This document shows positions 1 through 9,695 of a stretch of 64,000 nucleotides of DNA, one piece after another. Numbering within the stretch: the first letter of the stretch is position 1; each line of letters begins with the position of its first letter. Where the stretch lies: contig NC_087436.1 of the NCBI RefSeq assembly GCF_036321535.1, forward strand, positions 42,472,001 to 42,536,000. The letters are read 5' to 3'. The DNA is from Camelus dromedarius (Eukaryota). The notes under the pieces are model-generated. The model was not told where the DNA came from and did no database searches. It saw nothing but the letters and a program-made list of their open reading frames with translations. Both the position numbers and the translations under genes were made by a program.

Positions 1-288
1 AAAAGAAAATATTATAAGCCTACAGGTAGAAATAATAGATTACTTACAGAAAAAAGAAAATCAAAACAGCACCAAATTTCTCAGGTAAGCAAAGAAAATA
101 GATTGCCAGAGGAAGGAACCGTGATCCATGAATTATATCCTAGCTATTTTTTATTCTTATACAAAGCAAAAGACATACATTTGGGGACATGCAAGGAAGC
201 TAAAATTACTTCACTTTCATAATAATTCTAAGTAACTGAGAAAGTTCGGAAGAGTGAAAATTAAACCAAGGCAGAGATCTCTATCAGA

Positions 289-629
289 GTGTCTTAAACT
301 GCTTGGGCTGCCATAACAAAATACCAGAGGCGAGGGGCTGGTTTTCTTACAGTTCTGGAGGTTGGACATCTGAGATCAGGGTGCCAGCATGGTTGCTTTG
401 TATAGAGATGGCTCTCTTCCTGAGATGCTGCCTTCTCTCTGTGTCCTCACATGGCAGAGAGCAGGAAAGTAGCCATCTATAAGCCAGTAAGAGAGTTATC
501 ACCAGAACTGACCATGCTGCAACCCTGATCTCGGATTTCCAGCCTCAAGAACTATGAAAAAATTAAGTTTTGTTATTTAAGACACTCAGTCTGGGGTATT
601 TTGTTATGGAAGCCTAACCGGACTAAGAC
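289..629. mobile_element. Two MLT1-type (MaLR) LTR 3' halves in opposite orientation
   Basis: 289-~455 reads as an MLT1 LTR 3' part on minus (gggctgccataacaaaatacca...). ~455-629 is the same LTR part on plus, ending ...ggtattttgttatggaagcctaaccggactaagac. Confidence 0.8.
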
Positions 630-1493
630 GGCTTTCGGTACTGGGAGCAGGGTAACAAATACCTAAAAATGTGGAAATGGCTTTGGAACTAGATAATCAG
701 TAGAGGCTGGAAGAGTTTTGAGTGCATACTAGAAATATGTACATTAAGTGAAATTCTGGTAAGGTCTCAGACATAAGAGAGGAATATGCTACTGGAAACT
801 GGAGGAAAGGTGATCCTTATTACAAAGTGGTGAGTATTACTTGGCTGAACTGTGTTCTAGTATGTTTTGTTCTAAACTTGCGACTGATAAAAGTTGGATA
901 TTTAGCTGAGGCGATTTCTAAGCAAAGTGTTGAAGGTGTGGCTTGACCCCTTCTGACTGCTTATAGTAAAATACAAAAGGAGAGAAATGAATTGAAGAAT
1001 TGTTAAGCAAAAGGGAATCAGAACTTAAAGGTTTAGTGAATTCTCAGCCTATCCACACTGAAAAAAAAAAAAAAGAAATGTGTTCTGAAGGGAATACTAA
1101 GAGAGTGGCTAAACAACCATTTGATTAAAAGATCATCTGTGCAATTTATAAACTTAATCAGCTATCTCAACAGAAGTCAAGATAGAAAAAGGATTACACC
1201 AGTAGAGATACTGCCAGTTTGAACCAAAGAGGGCAGAGAAGGCAGGACAGAATTTTAAAAAGCTATCAGACTTCTTGGATTTCACACGACAGGACCATAG
1301 AGCTATTCATTTCCAAATGTATGCTATTCTTCATGAGAAAGGAAGAAAGACCCAAAAGTGATTCAGAGATTACAAGGGCTGCTACTTTCACCACAGCCCC
1401 AGAGTGCACAGGCCTGGGGGAGCAAGGCTAATTCCAACTCAGTTTCAAAGGGCAACTCACCATCCAGCAGAGCTACAAGGGGGGGACCACTGA
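630..1493 (+). mobile_element. MLT1 internal (MaLR-int) sequence, 3' truncated
   Basis: Directly follows the LTR with the typical MaLR-int start (ggtact...aacaaatacctaaaaatgtggaaatggctttggaact). Confidence 0.8.
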
Positions 1494-1518
1494 ACAAAGT
1501 AAGAAGCAGTGATAAATC

Positions 1519-1875
1519 CCCTGAGATTATTCCCATGGCTTCTAAGGAGCCCCTCCATCTCCTTGCTTTGCCTCCAGTTGGTGAACTTAGATTTTTTTTT
1601 TTTCCCTTAGTGTAAGCATGGTTGTTTTCTTTTGTTTTTTTATGAAGCTTTCATGCCAAGTCTCTTGAAACATGCCTGATAGTTGCTGAAATAGTAGGCT
1701 CCTTCTATAGTGGTTCACAACTCTTCCAGCACATTGGTAGGCTGCTGGAACGATGTGGGAAGTCAGATGGTATTCCTTGCTGGCATCATTCTATTCACTG
1801 CCCTAAGATATCTCCTTCTTTAAGTGTCCACTAATGTATTCTTATTTCCCATTTCTAGTTGGTATTTTTAACATA
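1519..1875 (-). pseudogene. EBLL: bornavirus L polymerase-like, extreme N-terminus
   Basis: KNTLVDT* (1843-1820) vs KNPLLGTE; YLRAV vs HVRAL; NDASKEYHL (1790-1764) vs NLASCDYYL. Spacing is shorter than in the recalled protein. Confidence 0.7.
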
Positions 1876-1877
1876 TG

Positions 1878-2039
1878 TTAAAACAATCTCAAGGGCTCTC
1901 CTTTCCATTTGGGTTGCAGAGAACGAGTATCCACTAGGTATCAAAAGTTTAATACAGCATCAAGTGTAGGCTTTATCTTAGACCCTATGATGAGCAAATA
2001 TCCTGAACTAAAAGAAAAACCTTACATAAAAGTCTTCAT
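1878..2039 (-). pseudogene. EBLM: bornavirus matrix-like, N-terminal ~55 codons
   Basis: ATG at 2039. Same-frame PTLDAVLNF (1970-1944) vs PTLMLEIDF and EPLRL (1898-1884) vs EPLQL, with spacing 24 vs 27 codons. In-frame stops are present. Confidence 0.65.
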
Positions 2040-3023
2040 CTGTTTGAATATTTCCACAAAATTATGTAAAACTCAGCAGAACAGACAACAGCCTGCAGTT
2101 GGTTAAAGTCCATGCACTCTTCGGGAAGAAGGGATATATATATGTAGGGTGAGGCCACAATCCATGAAGCCACCACATAGTAGAGGACTGCTTGGCTTCT
2201 CTGCATTGAAGTACTATCGGTGTTGAGGGATATTAAGAACCTGATATTCTTTAAGAAATTGGAGATGATTTTTGGTGCACTTACTCTAAGATAGTAATTT
2301 TGTCTTGGCCATCAATGACTGCTTTGGGGTAGGGCCCAAGCTGAACAGCTGCTTCAAAAGCTACAGCAATATCCTGGGGGCCACTATCATCTAACAAGCA
2401 AAACTCCCACATGACCCTGTTGCACTCCAGGGTTATACTTTTGTGATGCCAATGCTCTCTCCACTCACCAAGTCATTTTCTTCTCCATTTTCTTAGGCTT
2501 CTCCATTCCATTAACACAGACCTTCAGGTGACTGTGGGTAAGGCCTAGATGAGTGAAACACCAATTGACATAGAACCATCTGGGATGACTGTGGTATGGA
2601 TCAATGCCTCCTGTTTTCAGGGGTTGTCCAGGAGTTCAGCCTCTAGGGTCTAAATAGTCTGAAGGCTACAACAGTGACTATTCTTAAAAAGTCCTTAAAC
2701 AAACTTTGTTATAGTGGGGAAAAGACCGATACATTGAAAAGTGATTAGTATGGATTTGAACAACATAAAGAAACAAAGTCCAGGAAATGTGAATTCAAGG
2801 TCAAATGCCGTAATGGTAAGGGTAGTGGATTGGTATGCATGCTAACAAGTTGTGCTTTGGAAAAGCTTGGCGGAGTATATGAAAAGAGAAAATCATTTCC
2901 AGATGGACATGCTGTATTGTTAGGTGAACAGCCAAGCATTAAGCTGGGTACTTATAAACTGGTAGTTCAGCAATTATCTCAGGAATACTGAGCAGTCATG
3001 ATGAGTGAGACAAACCTGGCCCA
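2040..3023 (-). pseudogene. EBLG: bornavirus glycoprotein-like, roughly the C-terminal two-thirds
   Basis: IFSFHILRQAF (2893-2861) vs IVSFDEFRRSY; AYQSTTLTIT (2838-2809) vs SYQSSSINVT; QSLF/GLF (2708-2686) vs QSLLLGVF; PGVQ/RVMW (2431-2407) vs PGLKRVMW; FEAAVQLGP..DGQD (2358-2302) vs FEASLNMTP..SGHE; GGFMDCGL (2174-2151) vs SGWVHIGL, followed by a hydrophobic stretch. Boundaries are approximate. Confidence 0.85.
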
Positions 3024-3249
3024 AAGAAACAGTGTTAATCATTTATTTTTAAAATGTTTTATTTTTCCATCTGGGTTAAGGAGGATAAAACTTTCAAAGG
3101 AAAAAAGATACCAGCTACCAGTATATGAAAATGAGGGCAGAATAACAAATATGGTATGTGAAATAATGAAGGAAACAATAAAAGTGAAAATAAAGTTGCT
3201 TATTAATAAAAAGTTAATCAGCTAGGGTAAGAAAAAAGAATTAGTAATA

Positions 3250-4125
3250 AATACCAAAACTAGTAAAACAGATATATTACTGTAAGAATATGAATAGGAA
3301 AAGCTGCTCAGTTTTACACACAATTTGGAAAATGCAAATAAAACTACAATAAAATATTATTTCAAAACTACTAGGGTAGTATGAAGTATTTCTAAATTTT
3401 ATTATATTCAGTGTTAATGAGGGTGTGGGGAGAATACATCTATACACTACTAATGGGACATTAAATTAATACAATTTTTTGGAGTAAAATTTGGCAATAT
3501 CTATAAAAATTAAAAATTACATATATTTGACTTGACAATTTCACTTTCAGAAATTTAACCTAAACTCAAACAACTCAGCAACAAAAAAACAAACAACCTG
3601 ATTTTAAAAATGGGCAGAAGGTCTGAAGGGACATTTTTTTCAAAGAAGACATATAGGTGGTCAACAGGCACATGAAAAGATGTTTAACATCACTAATTAT
3701 TAGGGAAATGCAAATTCAAAACCACAAAGAGATTTCATCCCACATCTGTTGGAAGGGCAAATCTCAAAAAGACAGGTGATAACATCAACTTCCTCTCTAA
3801 CACAGAAAGACTGGCTGAGGGTAAGGGTGGGTTCCTGCCCCTGAGCACCAGAGGGCAGGGGGCCTAGTGGGTCTCAGGGGTCCCAGGCTGCTACCATGGA
3901 AGAGTCAGGTGGAAAAGTGGTTACCAAAACAAGTCAACAGAAGGATTTCTGCAGGTAGTGGCATTTGGGCACATACAGAATTCAGGGCTAGCAACAGTTA
4001 GTCCAGACAGAGACAGATGCTAGGTGGTTATATGGCTACTTAGCTGTACAGTCTCACATTGTTCTGTATAATTTTCTATGTCCTTCAGAAGATTATTAAA
4101 AATTTGAAGAAAAAAAAAGAAAAGC
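3250..4125 (+). mobile_element. Old L1M 3' region with a younger L1 ORF2 piece at ~3560-3785
   Basis: ORF2 C-terminal motifs (aaaatgggcaga...gaagacatata...aaatgcaaattcaaaaccaca) and a decayed A-tail near 4110. Confidence 0.65.
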
Positions 4126-4169
4126 TTTTAATATTACAAACTCTCTTAATATAATTCATTGTATCAACA

Positions 4170-4660
4170 GTGTGGCAGGTTTTGTAGACGGCTTCTCTCA
4201 ATGACCATTCAAGCCCCCCTGGGGCACGCTTCCTTGTACTTTAGAGGCTGGAAGTCTAAAATCTCTATTTCCCAGTCACACTTGAATCTGGGAAGCTGGG
4301 TATAATTTAGGTTCTGCCAATCAGACACACAAATCAGACTCTGACATTGAATTTGGAACTGAATTAAGCAGGAGGAGAGGCAAGGAGTGAGAATCTGCTT
4401 TGCTATAGATCAAGGTAGGGCTTTGTGGACCCATGGACACAGCTTCCTGACTCAACAACTTCGGCTGAAAGTCAACAACAAACTGCTTTCCACCTGAGCG
4501 CAGTGGGTCTGCTGCTGAGGTCTGGGGCTGCACTCAGAAGCCCAACCTAGAGTTAGCTACTCCAGCTCTTTAAAAGATTTTAAAAGCCATGAAATATCAG
4601 GTGCAAACTCCTTTTCTCCTTTAACTAGCTAGGGTGATATCTGTTGCCTACAACTGACAA
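4170..4660. mobile_element. Old ERVL-class solo LTR (LTR16/LTR33-like)
   Basis: Starts TGTGG, contains the ctctatttcccagtc motif typical of these LTRs, and ends ...actgaca. Confidence 0.55.
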
Positions 4661-4829
4661 ACAGGTCAAAGGAAGAACAACAGAGCCAGACCCTTGATAT
4701 CAAAAAGATTTTAATAAACTGCAGTTATCTTGATTCCTGTTAGAAATTCTTAATGAAACTGTGACATAGGTGGATACTTTCTTTATGAAATAAAACATAT
4801 GTCTTTAAGACAAGTTGATATTTATGCTT

Positions 4830-5910
4830 ACTGAATGAACACTAAAAGCATTCCCATTAATGTGCAACACAAGGTTGCCCACATCTCCACCAGTATTTTT
4901 TAAGATTTTTTTCCTGGATGTAACAGCCAATATAATTAGAGAAGTGAAAGGAAAAATAAGCATAAAAACTTATGGAAGAAATGAAAGTTTTATTATTTTT
5001 ACAACTAGAAACTCCAAGAGAATCAAGTAAAATTAATAAAAAAATAAATTATCTAGTTGTTAATATACAGAAGTCAAACTTCTCTGTTTACAGATAACTT
5101 CACAGAAAAAAAAAAAAAATGGGGAGAAATCCCATGTATAAGCCACCAAAAACAAGAGAGAACAAACAGAACCTAGAAACAAACATAACAATGTATCAAT
5201 TCCATATGAAGATAATTTTAAAACCCGAAGAGACATAAAACAAAACTTGAATAAATAAAAAGATATTTCTGATTATACATCAACACTCAGTATTTTAAAG
5301 ATGTCTAAACTATGAACCTACATATTTTATATGACTCTAAAAATAACAAAAGACTATTTCATATCCGTTTTTGAAACTAGATTAACTGATTTAAAAGTTT
5401 ACACTGAAAATAAGCACTCCAGGAAATCCATGAAAATTCTGAAATGTTAGAAATGAGGCAATTTATGACAATAATTACTCACCACTAAAATTCATTTGGC
5501 AGCTATAATCATTAAAAAGAATGTACTGTAGTTTCATAATTAGATGGAGAGTTTCAGAAATAGATAGTCCTAAATAAATGTCAGCAGGTAGGATGTGAAA
5601 AAGGTGGCATAAGGTGGCAAAAGTGGTTTTAATTTCCAATCAGGAAGAAAAGATTTTTTAAGAAATAATTCCAGATAGATCAAAGATTTAAACTTACAAG
5701 AAAAACCTGTGACATTACTAGAACAAAAATTAGGAGAACTTTAATCCAATTTTGCTTTAAGAAACTTTTTAAAGACACAATTCAGAAAAACCATAAAGAA
5801 AACTATTGATAATTTTAACTTAGTAAAAATTCTGTATGGTAACCACACTATAAGGTAAGTAGAAAGTCAAACAGCAAAATGGAACAGTGTATAATTTAAA
5901 CACATTAGTC
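4830..5910 (+). mobile_element. Old L1M ORF2 fragment
   Basis: Degenerate RT-region and downstream ORF2 sequence (aaagcattcccatta...acaaggttgccca...). Confidence 0.6.
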
Positions 5911-5925
5911 ACAGTACTAATTTAC

Positions 5926-7431
5926 CTTTTTATAAAGATTGTATTAAGGTATAATTCACATACCATGTAATATTCACTTAAAGTGTACAATTCAATGGTT
6001 TTTAGTATATTCACAATGTTGTGCAACCATCACAACAGTCAATTTTGGAATATATTCATCACCCCAAAAGAAACCCTATATCTATTAGCAGTCACTCCCC
6101 AATTCATTCCAACAGCTCCCTCAGCCTGAGGCAACTTTCTTTCTATCTCTACAGATTTGTCTATTCTGGGCAATCCATAAAAATGATTTATTATATTCAG
6201 TCTTTTGTGACTGGTGTCTTTCACTTAGCATGATGTTTTTGAGGTTCATCCACGTTGCAGCACAGCACGTCTCAAAACTTCACTTTTTTAATTGATGAAT
6301 TTTTATTGATGATACTCTTTAGTTGTATAAACATACCACACTTTGTCTGTTCATCAGTTGATGGACATTTGGGTTGTTTCTACTTTTTGGCTATTATGAA
6401 TAATGCCACCAAAAACATTTCTGTAGAAGTTTTTGTGTAGACAAATGTTTTCATTTATCTCAGATATATATCTAGAAATGGAATTGCTGGATCATATGGT
6501 AATACAACTTTTTACACTTTTGCGGAACTGCCAGACCATTTTTCAAAGTGGCTACACCATTTTCCATTCCCACCAAAAGTGTCGAAGAGTTCCAATTTCT
6601 ACATATACTTGAGAACAATTGCTATATCTTTGTGAAGTGTTTTGTGAAGGTTTTGATTTGCATTTTTCTAATGGCTAACAATGGTGAAAATCATTTCATG
6701 TGCTTATTGGCCATTTGTATATCATCTTTGGAGACATCTATTTAGATTTTTTGCTCATTTTTAAATTGCATTGCCCTTTTTATTGAGTTGTAAGAGTTCT
6801 TCACATGACACTAATCCCTTAAGAGAAACGTGGTTTGTAAGTATTTTCTCCTATTCTGTGGGTTGTCTTTTTCCTTTCTTGATAGTGTTCTTTGAATCTG
6901 ATCTTTTTCCAGCATGGAACCTCCACCCTGTGAGTGGGCAGGGGCAATCTGAACCCCCATGTTCTCACCTTGCCACACCTGGAGTGGAGTCTCCACTCTA
7001 TGCATGGGAAGGGAATGAAGGAAAGGAGCCTACAACGTCTTAGCCTCTTTTTTATTTTCCAGAATTTTGCCTCTTCAACTTGGAGTTGGAGGGAATGAGA
7101 AAAGTTAGCAGCTTGCCTTTCAGATGAGACTGCATACCTTGATTGGGAGCTGAGGACACCCTGAGTCTCACCTTTTTGTCCACACCCACCTGGAGGCGGT
7201 GGAGAGGGAAGGAGTGGGTCATGGCTCACGTGCCACAGACACTCACTCTTCTTACTAAGATTCAGTCTTTTCTTTTTTTTCAAAGAAATGTTTTCTCACT
7301 TTCTGCATGTGCCTAGCACAATTTCCAGAGATTTTAATGTTTTGTTTTGTTTTTTACAATTTTTACCAATTATGATTGTTTTCCCGAGGACAGATCCATA
7401 GAGTTCCTAATGCCACCATTCAGGAAGTGAA
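5926..7431 (-). mobile_element. Bipartite L1MB-like element: 5'UTR (7431-~6900) joined to ORF2 end and 3'UTR (~6895-5926)
   Basis: Minus start tcacttcctgaatggtggc; L1MB-type 3' end. TSD acagtactaatttac (5911-5925) and actgtactaatctac (7432-7446). Confidence 0.75.
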
Positions 7432-7519
7432 ACTGTACTAATCTACTCTCCAAACGGAGTTTAGAAATTTAAAAAGTAAGGTAACAACCTTCTAATTTCT
7501 CCATTCTACCTGTTGCATC

Positions 7520-7680
7520 AGAATCACAGAATGTTACATTTAGAAAGAACTTTTGGAATCATCTATTACAATCATCTCATTTTATAAATGAGGAAATCAT
7601 TCCTTTAATAACCAAACAATTTTTGCTGAAGGTCACACAGCTACTCAGTGTTAGAGCCAGTATAGGATCTATTGCCATTC
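7520..7680. mobile_element. MIR-family SINE
   Basis: Core ctcattttataaatgaggaaa...aaggtcacacagct. Confidence 0.7.
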
Positions 7681-9648
7681 TATTTATATTTTTAATGTTG
7701 ACTTGGGAAAGAAGTCTTTATACCAGTGCTGTAAACCCAGGCTGGAGGGAATAGCATTACCACTGCTTTCTTTACGTATTTATCATACTCTCATCATGTA
7801 CAGCAACTTTTGCTTTGTTTGCATGCTGGGTGCTAAGAAGACAAGAAAGCAAGGTAGTGTCCAGAATGAGAATAAGAAAAAGGAGGAGAGAGTTTGGACC
7901 ATCATTGCTAACATCTTCAGCAGCAGCATTTCTAATATTTTTTAAAGGGTTATTTTGGACAGACAAAGTAGAGATCCTTCCTACTGAGGACATGAAGAAA
8001 ATTACCTTGGTCATAAATCTTAGTTATCTGAAATACTCACAGACTACTTTTCCTCCAATCTAAATTTACTTAGTGGTTTCAACATATTTTGTACTAAAGA
8101 TCTTTTCTGATCCACAGAAGAAATCTTAGGTTTGAATCACGGTATAAGGGTACTTATGTAACTACAAGCAAGTCTGATATACCTGGGACTTAAATGCACC
8201 TATAACTAAATGTTACTTGTTAAAGGTCAAAGAGTCACTTATCGAAGTTAAATTACTGGCTGCATATAAATACATATTTAAATTTTCAACAATTTCACCA
8301 GCCTACTCTTCATGGTTTGATATCTACCCTTTCCCTTTGCTACCTCTGGGTTAAAAGAAGCATATGCCTGCAGTGAAAAGAGCCACAAAACCTTCCCATC
8401 CTTCAAGTCTCTGCCTCCCTCAGCCAGGCAAAATGCCCAGTTGGCTGACTTTGAGGTCAGACTGCAAGACATATTTATGTAAAATATCTCCTTGAGGCTA
8501 GCAGTTTTAATAATATTTTTCATCTTTGAAATACTGCTGCATTTTGTTTTATTTGATCCCTGATGCAGCTTTTGAAAAGACAGAATCAAAAACCCACTAA
8601 AATGTAATATAAAAGAGGTAGAATGGGATAAGATAAAATAATGACAAAGCATATTTTTAGGAAATGCATTATTTGAAAGAAAGAAGAAAGAGAAAACTGG
8701 ATATAAAAAAAGATAAAAATATAATGAGGAAGAAAACGAATAAAGAGCAAAGTAGATGACAGGAATAAGAAAAACTGGAAAGGATGGGAAAGCAAATAAA
8801 ATGAGGGAAAAGATTTACACCTGTTAATTGTATTGTTTTAACTGCTTACTTCCATACCTCCCTGTTCTGATCATTGTTGGTTTTATTTTCATCTGTTTCT
8901 TTTTTGCTGGAACATAAAAGACTTGTAGGATGTGAACAACAAAATACGCTTCTTGAATAACTTTGTGTTATCATTCCAAACTTCAAAATAACATTTATTG
9001 CAGATTTACTATCAGTCAAGTAAAACTTCTGTAGGTAAATGAATGATGTAATGAGTTAATATTAGCCTAGATGCTAAACACACTGGAAGAAATTTTCTTG
9101 AAAAAAAAAATTTAGGTTAGAGTAATTGCCTCTTTCTCCTTGCAACAGTTCTGAATTACATCAAGGCATGCATTTGTTATTGAATCAAAAAACTCTTCAA
9201 AAGGTAAAGTATAAGTATTAATGAAATCTGGATAGAAGCCTGAGAGCTCACCTGCAAACAAAATACAGGAGACTGGGGGCATCATCGTCCTGAGATTTCA
9301 TTTTGCGTTGAAGAGAATTTTCCTGCAGAATTGTAAGAGTAACATATTGTTTTTGTGTCTCCCAGTTTAAGAGATTTCTGGATTACGAAGAGCCACTGAA
9401 CAATTCCCAGAGTGTCTTCTGTTGACAGGTCAGCAGGGCTTGATTATCTGGTTTTCCTGCCTATGACAGATTAGGAAACACAAATTAGAAATCAGGGAAT
9501 AACAGCTAAAAACAGACACACTTTCTTAAAAATAAGTGACAGCTGACAATCAACAGGAGAGAGACTCTACCAAAACTTAAAAATGGGCTCAAATTTTTTT
9601 AAAAAGGTATAGAACTCTGGGAGAAGTGAAACATAGTTAATTCTTTAT

Positions 9649-9695
9649 GGATAGCTAGATGATAGCTAGATGATGGCTAGATGATAGCCAGCTAG
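9649..9695. repeat. Short tandem repeat (gatagctagat)n
   Basis: About four 11-bp units are visible. It probably lies inside an old LTR (~9600-10322). Confidence 0.75.

Larger units (their letters stand above)
1519..3023 (-). other. Endogenous bornavirus-like element, G-M-L fragment, decayed
   Basis: Collinear minus-strand peptide matches to recalled bornavirus G, M and L. Flanked by a degenerate direct repeat, aagaagcagtgataaatc (1501-1518) and aagaaacagtgttaatc (3024-3040). Many stops and frameshifts. Confidence 0.85.

Noticed and set aside
1600..2420. Resemblance to filovirus NP (AFEA.V, IFKQMKT, MLTLREK)
   Set aside because: Spacing is inconsistent and the conserved NP core is absent. 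The same residues fit bornavirus G/M/L collinearly and better.
1981..2905. Plus-strand tripeptide matches to the mononegavirus L capping region (DP, SWG, IQG, HFQ)
   Set aside because: Short matches at chance level with variable spacing, lying antisense to the better-supported G reading.
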